Positions 7,775-16,118 of a stretch of DNA of 32,000 nt are shown here, piece by piece. The stretch covers positions 450,001 through 482,000 of the forward strand of contig NC_002939.5 of the NCBI RefSeq assembly GCF_000007985.2, in the 5' to 3' direction. A program made the position numbers and the translations under genes. The notes under the pieces were generated by a model. The model was not told where the DNA came from. It saw only the letters and a list, made by a program, of their open reading frames with translations, and did no database searches. Position 1 is the stretch's first letter. Each line of letters opens with the position of its first letter. Origin of the DNA: Geobacter sulfurreducens PCA. GTDB taxonomy: Bacteria > Desulfobacterota > Desulfuromonadia > Geobacterales > Geobacteraceae.

Positions 7775-9162
7775 ACGCCCATCCCCCCCTTTACTGGCAC
7801 CAGGGGCTCTTTCTCCAGCCCCATCACTTTCAGCTCCAGGACCTGTCGGTCCAGGGGCGTCTCGCCCCCCTGTTCCGCCATCTCCACCCCCACTTCTGGG
7901 GGGCGGGTGAGCTGGAGATCGAGGCCAGCGCTCTCGGCACCCGGGTCTTCAGCATCCTTTCCGGCGAGTTCCTTTTCCCCGACGGCACCTGGGCGGTCAT
8001 CGGCGAGAACGCCCTCTGCGAGCCGCGCTCCTTCGACGACTCCTGGATCGAAGGGGATCGTCCCCTGCCGGTCTACGTGGGAGTGCGCAAGTGGAGCGGG
8101 GATAGAGAGAACGTGACCGTCACCGAACGGCTCGAAAACCTCGGCGGGATCACCACCCGCTTCGCCGCCGCGGCAGATCCGGAGGAGATGCGCGATCTCC
8201 ACGCCGGCGGCCCGGCAGGTCAGGTGAAGCGGCTGCGCCATGTGCTGAAAATCCTCTGGGACAGCGAGCGGGACCAACTGGGCGACTGGCACCTGATCCC
8301 GGTGGCGCGGCTGGAGCGCTTCGGGGCCGACGTGCGGCTCTCCGGCCGCTTCATCCCCCCTTGCCTCTCCCTCGAAGCGAGCGAGCCCCTCTTTCGCATC
8401 GTCCGGGAGATCCGGGACCAGGTGGCGGCCCGCGCCAGACAGCTGGAGGAGCACAAGAAGCAGCGCGGCATCCAGAACGCCGGGTTCGGCTCTCGGGACA
8501 TGGTCTACCTCCTGGCGCTCCGTTCTCTCAACCGGCATGTGCCTCTCCTCTTCCACCTGACCGAGGCGCGGCAGGTCCACCCGTGGGACGTCTACGGGGC
8601 CCTGCGCCAGCTCATCGGCGAACTCTCCTCCTTCTCCGAGCGGGTCTCGGCCCTTGGCAAACTGGACGACGGCGTCCGGCTTCTCCCTCCCTATGATCAC
8701 CGGGCACTCGGGGAGCGCTTTTTCGTGGCCCGTGACCTCATCGCCCGACTTCTGGACGAGATCACCGCCGGTCCCGATTACGTGATCCGCCTCACCCACG
8801 ACGGCACCTTCTTCAGCGCCGACCTGAAGCCGGGCATCTTTGAAACCGGCAGCCGCTATTACCTGGCCCTGCGGACCACCACGGAGCCGGCTGCGTTCCT
8901 CCCGTCCCTTGAAGCCGCCGCCAAGCTCAGCGCCCGGAACCACCTGCCGGTCCTGGCCGCCCGCGCCCTCCCCGGCATCGGCCTGAGCCACCTGCCGGTC
9001 CCGCCCCAGGAGCTGCCGCGCCGCGCCGACACCCACTACTTCGCCGTTGATACTGCCGGTGACCAATGGCCCCTGGTGGAGCGGGAACACGCCCTTGCCC
9101 TCCACTGGACCGGCGCCCCGGCCGATCTGGAGGTGGAGCTGATGGTGGTGGCCAAGGGGTAG
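7771..9162 (+). CDS. tssK: Type VI secretion baseplate protein TssK (ImpJ/VasE)
   Basis: N-terminus PLYWHQGLFLQPHHFQLQD is the hallmark TssK opening (W-x-EGMFL-x-PQHFQQ). Length is 463 aa. T6SS gene context. Confidence 0.92.
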   Translation: MNAHPPLYWHQGLFLQPHHFQLQDLSVQGRLAPLFRHLHPHFWGAGELEIEASALGTRVFSILSGEFLFPDGTWAVIGENALCEPRSFDDSWIEGDRPLPVYVGVRKWSGDRENVTVTERLENLGGITTRFAAAADPEEMRDLHAGGPAGQVKRLRHVLKILWDSERDQLGDWHLIPVARLERFGADVRLSGRFIPPCLSLEASEPLFRIVREIRDQVAARARQLEEHKKQRGIQNAGFGSRDMVYLLALRSLNRHVPLLFHLTEARQVHPWDVYGALRQLIGELSSFSERVSALGKLDDGVRLLPPYDHRALGERFFVARDLIARLLDEITAGPDYVIRLTHDGTFFSADLKPGIFETGSRYYLALRTTTEPAAFLPSLEAAAKLSARNHLPVLAARALPGIGLSHLPVPPQELPRRADTHYFAVDTAGDQWPLVEREHALALHWTGAPADLEVELMVVAKG

Positions 9163-9165
9163 CTC

Positions 9166-9573
9166 ATGCGCGAAGAACGCCTTCTGGAACGTATCCGCTC
9201 CCTGGAGCGGGATCCGTCGCGCCGCGGGGGGACTGATCGGGGCCGTCTGGTGGATTCAATCCTGGCACACGTCCGCCGGATTATTAACACGCGCCGGGGG
9301 AGCGTGCCTATCGCCCCTGACTTCGGCATCCCTGACATGCTCGACGTGCTTCAGAGCTACCCAGATTCGGTGCGGGAGATCGAACGGAGCATCCGTGCCG
9401 CCATCCAGGGCTTTGAGCCGCGTCTCGCCGACGTAAGGGTTGCCTTCGTCCCGCAGGAGGACGACGTGCTGGCGCTCCGGTTTGCCATCTCCGCCCGGCT
9501 TGGCAGCGACGGCGGAGCGGTCTGTTTTGAAACGCTGGTGGATACCGACGGGAAGGTTACGGTGAGACGTTGA
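9166..9573 (+). CDS. tssE: Type VI secretion baseplate protein TssE (gp25-like, GPW_gp25 domain)
   Basis: 135 aa. LLERI...SILAHVRRIINTRRGSVPIAPDFGIPD...IRAAIQGFEPRL...LRFAISARL matches the gp25/TssE pattern. Confidence 0.9.
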   Translation: MREERLLERIRSLERDPSRRGGTDRGRLVDSILAHVRRIINTRRGSVPIAPDFGIPDMLDVLQSYPDSVREIERSIRAAIQGFEPRLADVRVAFVPQEDDVLALRFAISARLGSDGGAVCFETLVDTDGKVTVRR

Positions 9574-9601
9574 CCATGCCCGGGAAGAGAGAGCATACAC
9601 G

Positions 9602-11335
9602 ATGATCACCCGTCATTTTCAGGATGAACTCGCCCGACTCAAGGAGTTGGGGGCCGAGTTCTCCGTGACCCACCCGGCGTTGGCGCCGATGCTCGGCGGT
9701 CCGTCGACCGACCCGGATGTGGAGCGGCTCCTGGAGGGCGTTGCCTTCCAGACGGCTCTCCTTCGCCAAAAACTCGATGATGATTTCCCCGAAGTGGTCC
9801 ACGATCTGGTTCGTCTTGTGGCCCCCCACTACCTGCGGCCGGTGCCGGCCACCACCATCGTCGCCTTCGAACCGAAGCCGTCACTGACTCGCTCACGGCT
9901 GATTCCGGCCGGGACCGAGCTTGCGTCGATCCCGGTGGAGGGAACCCGCTGCCTCTTCCGGACAACGAGCCCGGTAGAACTTCATCCTCTGGAACTTCTC
10001 GAGGCAACGTTTGCCCAACCAGCAGGGAGCGCTCCAGTCGTAACCCTGTCCCTGTCGCTCACTGGCCTCTCGCTCGACCACTGGGAGCCACGATCGCTGC
10101 GATTTTTTCTGGCCGGCGACCATGCCCCGGCAGCGGAGCTGTTCCTGATCCTCTCCCGGCACCTGAAGCGAATCGTGATCACCCCGGAGGAGAGAGGGGC
10201 GTCGGCCAGCCTGCCCGCAGCCTGTCTTCAGCCGGTGGGCCTCAATGACGACGAGCACCTGATTCCCTGGCCATCCCACGCCTTTCCCGGCTATCGGCTG
10301 TTGCAGGAATATTTTGCCGCGCCCCAACGGTTCCTGTTCCTGGAGTTGACCGGCTGGGAACGCTGGACCACCCGTGGCAGCGGCTCGAGATTCACCATTA
10401 CCTTCGAGTTAGGCGAACTCACTATCCCTCCGCCCCCGGTGCGGCGGGATAGCTTTGTTCTTTTCGCCTCCCCGGCCGTGAACCTCTTTTCACACGACGC
10501 CGAACCGATTCTCCTCGACCACCGGGTCGGGAGATACCCGGTGAGGCCTGCGGGTCTGGAACCGGGGCACGGTCAGGTATATTCCGTCGATCGTGTGACC
10601 GGTATCGTCCGGGGGGCGGCAACGGAGCGCATCTATCACCCCTTCGAGCAGTTCAGGGATGGCGCAGATGCCCAGCCAACCTTTCATACCGCCGTATCCG
10701 CTTCGCCGGTCCGCGCCGGATTCGATGTGCACCTGGCCGTTGCCTACCCACAGGGGGAGGGGTTGCCGGAGACGGAGACGCTTTCCATCGCTCTTACCTG
10801 CAGCAACGGCCGCCTGCCGGAAAATCTGTGGCTCGGCGACCTGTGCGAACCGACCTCCTCCTCACCCGAGAGTGCCACCTTCCACAACATCACGCCACTT
10901 ACCCCGACGCTGCTGCCGCCACTGGGGAAAAATCTCCTCTGGCGACTCGTTTCCCATCTGTCCCTTAACCGCCTCTCCCTGGCCAGCGCCGACAATCTCC
11001 GCACTCTCCTGGCGCTCTACCTGTTCGAGGAGGGAGGGGACCGGGGTGACTTGGCCGCCAACCGGAAGCGGCTGGACGGGATCGAAGCGGTTATCGCCAA
11101 GCCGGCCGGCCGCCTCGTGGGGGGGCACCTACTGCGGGGCAGCGAGATTGTCCTTACTCTGCGGGGGGACCACTTTGCCAGCCCGGGCGATCTGTTCCTC
11201 TTCGGGGCGGTGCTCGACCGCTTTCTGGGGGGCTATGCCTCGCTCAACAGCTTCACCCGCCTGACCGTCCGCGAAAGCGTTCGGGGAGAGGTGTACTCAT
11301 GGGCTCCCCGCCTTGGTCACCGCCAGCTTCTCTAG
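9602..11335 (+). CDS. tssF: Type VI secretion baseplate protein TssF (ImpG/VasA)
   Basis: 577 aa. The opening HFQDELARLKELGAEFSVTHPALAPMLGG...DPDVERLLEGVAFQTALLRQKLDDDFPE is the conserved TssF N-terminus. Confidence 0.93.
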   Translation: MITRHFQDELARLKELGAEFSVTHPALAPMLGGPSTDPDVERLLEGVAFQTALLRQKLDDDFPEVVHDLVRLVAPHYLRPVPATTIVAFEPKPSLTRSRLIPAGTELASIPVEGTRCLFRTTSPVELHPLELLEATFAQPAGSAPVVTLSLSLTGLSLDHWEPRSLRFFLAGDHAPAAELFLILSRHLKRIVITPEERGASASLPAACLQPVGLNDDEHLIPWPSHAFPGYRLLQEYFAAPQRFLFLELTGWERWTTRGSGSRFTITFELGELTIPPPPVRRDSFVLFASPAVNLFSHDAEPILLDHRVGRYPVRPAGLEPGHGQVYSVDRVTGIVRGAATERIYHPFEQFRDGADAQPTFHTAVSASPVRAGFDVHLAVAYPQGEGLPETETLSIALTCSNGRLPENLWLGDLCEPTSSSPESATFHNITPLTPTLLPPLGKNLLWRLVSHLSLNRLSLASADNLRTLLALYLFEEGGDRGDLAANRKRLDGIEAVIAKPAGRLVGGHLLRGSEIVLTLRGDHFASPGDLFLFGAVLDRFLGGYASLNSFTRLTVRESVRGEVYSWAPRLGHRQLL

Positions 11336-12291
11336 AGACGCAGCTGTTCGAGCGGGGGCATGAGTTCTCCTTTGCCCAGGCGGTGCGCCTGCTGCGGCTT
11401 CTTGCGGCCGCTCAGGGGAGGGAGGGCGCTTGCCCGTGCGGGGTACGGGTCCGGCCCGAGCTTTCCCTCTCCTTTCCGGTTGCTGATGTGGCGCGGATCG
11501 AGCGGCAGAGCGACGGCTACCGGATAACGGCCCGCTTCCTCGGTCTCTACGGCCCGTCATCTCCCCTGCCAACCTTCTACACCGAAGAACTGATAGACGA
11601 GGAGCGGGAAGACGGCTCTGCTTCACGGGATTTTCTCGACGTGCTGAGCCACCGGATCTTTGATCTCTGGGTCGCCGGCGACGCCAAGTATCGCCTGTTC
11701 AACCGGGTTGTGGAGGACGGAAGCGGGGATGACCTCGAACGTCTTTTTTGTTTGGCTGGGCTCGACCTGGCCCAGGGGCAGACAGTCCTGCCGGAGTCCG
11801 GCCGCTGGCTCCGCTATGTGGGTCTCCTGGGACAGGTTCCCCGCTCTGCCCTGGGGTTGCGGACCATGGTCGCCGACGCCCTCGGCGTACCGGTTGAAGT
11901 CATCCCCTGCCAGCACCGGCAGGTGTCGATTCCCCCCGGACAGCGGCTAGCCGTGGGCATAGCCGCGAGCAGTCTCGGCATCGACACGGTCGTCGGAACC
12001 AATCTGGATGACCGGCTGGGCATGTTCCGCCTGTGCCTGGGGCCCCTTTCCCGCGAACAGTTCGCGGATCTCCTCCCCGGCGCCCCTGGCCGCTCGACTC
12101 TGGACCTGATCGTGGAACTCTACCTGGATGCCCCCCTCGCCTGGGACGTGGAGTTGACCCTGGCCCCGGGAGAGACGCCGGAAGCACGTCTCGGCGCTTG
12201 TCGGGGGGCACGGGTCGGATGGGACACCTGGCTTGGTGTCGCAGCCGGCGAATCCCTGCCTTGCGTTGTATTTCCCGGACATTTTCCCTAA
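11299..12291 (+). CDS. tssG: Type VI secretion baseplate protein TssG (ImpH/VasB)
   Basis: 330 aa. HEFSFAQAVRLLRLL and FLGLYGPSSPLPTFYTEEL are TssG signatures. The only in-frame ATG gives a 37-nt overlap with tssF. Confidence 0.88.
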   Translation: MGSPPWSPPASLETQLFERGHEFSFAQAVRLLRLLAAAQGREGACPCGVRVRPELSLSFPVADVARIERQSDGYRITARFLGLYGPSSPLPTFYTEELIDEEREDGSASRDFLDVLSHRIFDLWVAGDAKYRLFNRVVEDGSGDDLERLFCLAGLDLAQGQTVLPESGRWLRYVGLLGQVPRSALGLRTMVADALGVPVEVIPCQHRQVSIPPGQRLAVGIAASSLGIDTVVGTNLDDRLGMFRLCLGPLSREQFADLLPGAPGRSTLDLIVELYLDAPLAWDVELTLAPGETPEARLGACRGARVGWDTWLGVAAGESLPCVVFPGHFP

Positions 12292-12303
12292 GGAGACCCT
12301 TCC

Positions 12304-14931
12304 GTGCTGACCGTCGACCTTACCGCTCTTCTCAAGCGACTCAACCCCCTCTGCACCCGGGTACTGGAGGGGGCCGCAGGACTCTGCGTGGCCAGAGGGC
12401 ACTACGAAGTGACTGTTGAACACTTCCTGGCCAGGTTGCTCGATGAGGCGGGGGGGGACCTTGTTGCCGTTCTGCGGAACTCTAACATCGACGCCTCCCC
12501 GCTGAAGATCGGAGTCGTCCGGGTTCTCGACGAGTTGCCCACCGGCAACGGGGGGCGGCCGGTCTTCTCCCCGATCCTCCTGGAGTGGCTCCAGGCGGGG
12601 TGGCTCACGGCCTCCCTCGATCTGAACGAGGAGCGGGTCCGCTCCGGAGCGCTCTTCGCGGCGCTCTTGGCCCGGCCGCTGCGGTTCGCGGCGGGCCGCT
12701 ACGTGGACCAGCTCATGCCCGTGGGACGGGAGGGGCTTCTCTCCGGCTTTTCGCGCGCTGTTTCCGGCTCGGAGGAGAACTCCTGCATGGGCGGCGACAC
12801 CGCTTCCGTCGCCGGGCCCGGCCGGGATGGCACGGCACTTTCCCGCTTCTGCACCGACTTCACCGCACGAGCGGCCGAGGGGGGCATGGACCCGGTCTTC
12901 GGCCGTGATCGGGAGATCGGCCGGATGATCGACATCCTGGCCCGGCGGCGGAAGAACAACCCCATCGTGGTGGGAGAGGCGGGGGTCGGCAAGACCGCCG
13001 TGGTGGAGGGGCTGGCACTCCGTATCGTTGAGGGGGAGGTGCCGGAGGCATTGCGGGAGGTGAGGCTCCTGGGGCTTGATCTCGGCCTGCTCCAGGCGGG
13101 GGCAGGGGTGAAAGGGGAGTTCGAGAGCCGTCTGAAGAGCGTTATCGAAGAGGTAAAGGGGGCTTCCCGGCCGGTGATTCTCTTTATCGATGAGGCCCAC
13201 ACCCTGATCGGTGCCGGCAACCAGGCGGGCGGGGGTGATGCCGCCAACCTTCTGAAGCCGGCCCTGGCCCGGGGTGAGCTGCGCACCATAGCCGCCACCA
13301 CCTGGAGCGAATACAAGAAATATTTCGAGAAGGATGCCGCCTTGGCCAGGCGCTTCCAGCCGGTGAAGCTGGACGAACCGTCGGTGGAGACGGCGGTGCT
13401 GATCCTGCGGGGCCTCAAGGATACGTACGAGGCGGCCCATGGGGTCACCATCCGGGATGACGCAGTCCGGGCGGCGGCGGAGCTCTCGTCCCGCTACCTG
13501 TCGGGCCGGCAGCTGCCGGACAAGGCGGTGGATCTCCTTGATACGGCTGCGGCCCGGGTGAAGCTCCTGCTCACCGGCAAGCCGGGAAGGGTAGAGGAGG
13601 CGGAGCGGCGCATCCAGGCCCTGGAGCGGGAAGAGGCCGCCCTCCGCCGTGATCGGCTCCAGGGGCGGCCGGAGGACGAAGGACGGCTGGCGGTGCTGAA
13701 GGAGGAGCTGGCGCTGTTGCGGGAGGAGCTGGCTGCCGTAACGGCTCGCTGGCACCGGGAACGAGAGCTGGCCGGGGCGGTGGTGGCCCTGCGGAACGAG
13801 GCAGCGGAGGGCCGTGACGCAGGTGGGGACGCAGTGGGGCTGAAGATGGCGGAACCCGCGGCAAAGCTGGCGGAAGTCCAGGGGGATGAGCCGCTGGTCA
13901 GGATCGAGGTGGACCCGGAGGTGGTTGCGCAGGTGGTGGCCGACTGGACCGGCATTCCCCTAGGGCGCCTCCGCAAGGACCGGACCGCCGGGGTGCTTGC
14001 CCTGGAAGAGGGCCTGCGCCGGCGCATCCGGGGGCAGGAACCGGCGCTGGCCGCCGTGGCCGAGGTGCTCCGTTCCTCGGCTGCTGGCCTCAAGGACCCG
14101 CGCCAGCCTCTGGGGGTCTTCCTGCTTGTCGGCCCCTCCGGCGTCGGCAAGACCGAAACCGCCGTGGCCGTGGCCGATCTTCTTTTCGGCGGCGAACGGT
14201 TCCTCACCGTCATCAACATGAGCGAATTTCAGGAGCGCCACACCACCAGCCGTCTCATCGGCTCGCCGCCGGGGTACGTGGGGTATGGTGAGGGCGGCGT
14301 CCTTACCGAGGCGGTCCGCCGCAGCCCCTACTCGGCGGTGCTGCTGGACGAGGTGGAAAAAGCCCACCCCGACGTCCTCAATCTCTTTTACCAGGTGTTC
14401 GACAAGGGGATGCTGGCCGACGGGGAGGGGCGGGTGATCGACTTCGCCAACACGGTCATCTTTCTGACGAGCAATCTGGCGGCGGATGTCGTCGTCTCGC
14501 GCTGCGCGGAAGAGCCGCAGCCCACGACAGAGGAGCTGGCCGCCGCCATCCGCCCCCATCTCGCGCGGCACTTCAAACCGGCGCTCCTGGCCCGCATGAC
14601 CGTGGTCCCCTACCTGACCCTGGCGCCGGACAGCCTGGAGGAGATCGTGGGCCTCAAGCTCGGCCGGGTGGCGGAGCGGCTCCGGGAGAACAGCCGAACG
14701 GAGCTTGCGTGGACCCCGGCGGTTGCGGCCCGGCTCGCTGCCCGTTGCTCCGAAGTGGAGAGCGGCGCCAGGGCCATCGACCATATCCTGCGCGGAACCC
14801 TCCTGCCGCTCCTCTCCCGGGAGATCCTGGCGCGGATCGGCGGAGGAGAGGAGCTGGAGGCAATCCGGCTCGATGTAGCAGCCGACGGTTCCTTTACCGT
14901 CGGCTGTGGGGACGGTGCGGCGGTCCGGTGA
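12304..14931 (+). CDS. tssH: Type VI secretion AAA+ ATPase ClpV (TssH)
   Basis: GTG start 8 nt after AAGGAG. The Clp N-domain opening LKRLNPLCTRVLEGAAGLCVARGHYEVTVEHFL is ClpV-type. Two AAA+ modules carry Walker A GEAGVGKT and GPSGVGKT. Coiled-coil middle region. 875 aa. Confidence 0.95.
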   Translation: MLTVDLTALLKRLNPLCTRVLEGAAGLCVARGHYEVTVEHFLARLLDEAGGDLVAVLRNSNIDASPLKIGVVRVLDELPTGNGGRPVFSPILLEWLQAGWLTASLDLNEERVRSGALFAALLARPLRFAAGRYVDQLMPVGREGLLSGFSRAVSGSEENSCMGGDTASVAGPGRDGTALSRFCTDFTARAAEGGMDPVFGRDREIGRMIDILARRRKNNPIVVGEAGVGKTAVVEGLALRIVEGEVPEALREVRLLGLDLGLLQAGAGVKGEFESRLKSVIEEVKGASRPVILFIDEAHTLIGAGNQAGGGDAANLLKPALARGELRTIAATTWSEYKKYFEKDAALARRFQPVKLDEPSVETAVLILRGLKDTYEAAHGVTIRDDAVRAAAELSSRYLSGRQLPDKAVDLLDTAAARVKLLLTGKPGRVEEAERRIQALEREEAALRRDRLQGRPEDEGRLAVLKEELALLREELAAVTARWHRERELAGAVVALRNEAAEGRDAGGDAVGLKMAEPAAKLAEVQGDEPLVRIEVDPEVVAQVVADWTGIPLGRLRKDRTAGVLALEEGLRRRIRGQEPALAAVAEVLRSSAAGLKDPRQPLGVFLLVGPSGVGKTETAVAVADLLFGGERFLTVINMSEFQERHTTSRLIGSPPGYVGYGEGGVLTEAVRRSPYSAVLLDEVEKAHPDVLNLFYQVFDKGMLADGEGRVIDFANTVIFLTSNLAADVVVSRCAEEPQPTTEELAAAIRPHLARHFKPALLARMTVVPYLTLAPDSLEEIVGLKLGRVAERLRENSRTELAWTPAVAARLAARCSEVESGARAIDHILRGTLLPLLSREILARIGGGEELEAIRLDVAADGSFTVGCGDGAAVR

Positions 14932-14940
14932 CCGGAGGCG

Positions 14941-15945
14941 TCAAACGCGGTACTGCTCGATGCAGGTTTCGGAGAAGGTGTGGGAGACCGTGAGCATCTG
15001 TTCGCTGCCGTCGACCGTGACCTTGATCCGGCAGTCGCTGCCGGGCTCGGCCTTGGTGTAGCGGAGGAGAACCTTTGCGGCGGTCTCAAGGAGGACGTCG
15101 TCCACCGTTCCCATGAGGACGCCGAGGGGGCTTGATCCGTCTAGCCACCGGATGGCGGCTTCGCCCGGCTGGACATGGTGGGAAAGGAGTTCGTTCTCGG
15201 CCTCGTTACGGCCGATCAGCACCTTGGTGCGGGGGCCGACGCGGAAGTGGCGCGCAACTTTAAGCAGGCGGAAATCACGCAGGTTGAGCTGGTCCGAGTG
15301 GTCGAAGACGTCCCTGACCTTGGAGACGAAGGAGACCTCAGTGAGAAGGCAACCGCCGGCCGGGCACGGGTAGTTCTTCACATCGAGATCCTCGGCCAGC
15401 TGCATCTGTTCCTTGCGTGAGCGTCCCTGGATAGCCAAGAGCTTTTCGCGGTCGACCCATCCCTCCCGCTCGGGGCGCGTCGGCTCGAAGTGCTTGGCCG
15501 AAAGGGGGCGCAGCAGCAGCCCCTCCAGCCCGCTTTCCCGCTCGATGACGCGGAGCGTGTCCCGGCGCTGGCTCATGGGGCGCTGCCCCAGCACCTCGCC
15601 GGTAATGACGAAATCGGCACCGCTTTCGGCCATGTACTCCTTTGCCTTGCGGAGGAGGAAGATGCGACAGTCCACGCAGGGGTTCATCCCCTTCCCGTAA
15701 CCGTGCCGCGGCGCGCGGACCACTTCCAGATAGTCGACCCCCTTGTGCATGACCTTGATGGGGATGCCGAATTCTTCGGCCACCCGAATCGCTTCGGATT
15801 TGCAGCCGGCGTTTTTTCCCGTACAGGTGCAGAAGGGAGAGGTGAAGTTGAGGGCCTCGACCTCGATTCCCTGCTCAAGCATGACCTTGACCGCAAGGGT
15901 AGAGTCGAGTCCCCCCGAGAGGAGGGCAAGGGCTTTTCGTTTCAT
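14941..15945 (-). CDS. PP-loop ATP pyrophosphatase of the ThiI/MnmA tRNA-thiolase superfamily, Cys-rich, with about 120-aa C-terminal extension of unknown function
   Basis: SGGLDS PP-loop at residues 10-15. Also NPCVDCR, ITGEVLGQRPMSQRR, and the extra Cys clusters FCTCTGKNAGC and YPCPAGGC. AGGAGA RBS. The exact substrate cannot be assigned by eye. Confidence 0.75.
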   Translation of the reverse strand: MKRKALALLSGGLDSTLAVKVMLEQGIEVEALNFTSPFCTCTGKNAGCKSEAIRVAEEFGIPIKVMHKGVDYLEVVRAPRHGYGKGMNPCVDCRIFLLRKAKEYMAESGADFVITGEVLGQRPMSQRRDTLRVIERESGLEGLLLRPLSAKHFEPTRPEREGWVDREKLLAIQGRSRKEQMQLAEDLDVKNYPCPAGGCLLTEVSFVSKVRDVFDHSDQLNLRDFRLLKVARHFRVGPRTKVLIGRNEAENELLSHHVQPGEAAIRWLDGSSPLGVLMGTVDDVLLETAAKVLLRYTKAEPGSDCRIKVTVDGSEQMLTVSHTFSETCIEQYRV

Positions 15946-16118
15946 GTCGTCTCCTGGGGCGCCATGACGGGCGTCGGCAACCGCGGTGCCCGTTACGGAA
16001 CCTGATTTTTCACGAGGGTAGCACGGGGGGGCGAAAAAAGTAAAGGGTGCTCGCGCCTGAAAATAACCCTCAAGTCACGGCAGGTTCCGGCCGATTGGAT
16101 GTAGAGGGAGGAGCACCC

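Noticed and set aside
7741-9105. 454-aa minus-strand ORF antisense to tssK
   Set aside because: Same reasoning: G/A/P/R-rich shadow frame opposite a gene with the hallmark TssK N-terminus.
11947-13755. 602-aa minus-strand ORF, the longest non-annotated ORF in the track
   Set aside because: It lies antisense to tssG/clpV, whose translations carry unmistakable family motifs. Its own translation is R/P/G/H/Q-rich low-complexity with no recognisable domain and no RBS. This is the typical stop-free shadow frame of high-GC coding DNA.
16047-16118. N-terminal extensions in the ORF track (also 7187-7219, 19185-19235, 22612-22701, 27846-27881, 28820-28891)
   Set aside because: In each case an internal ATG has a better RBS, coincides with where family similarity begins, or removes an overlap with the upstream gene or promoter. 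The extension adds non-homologous residues.
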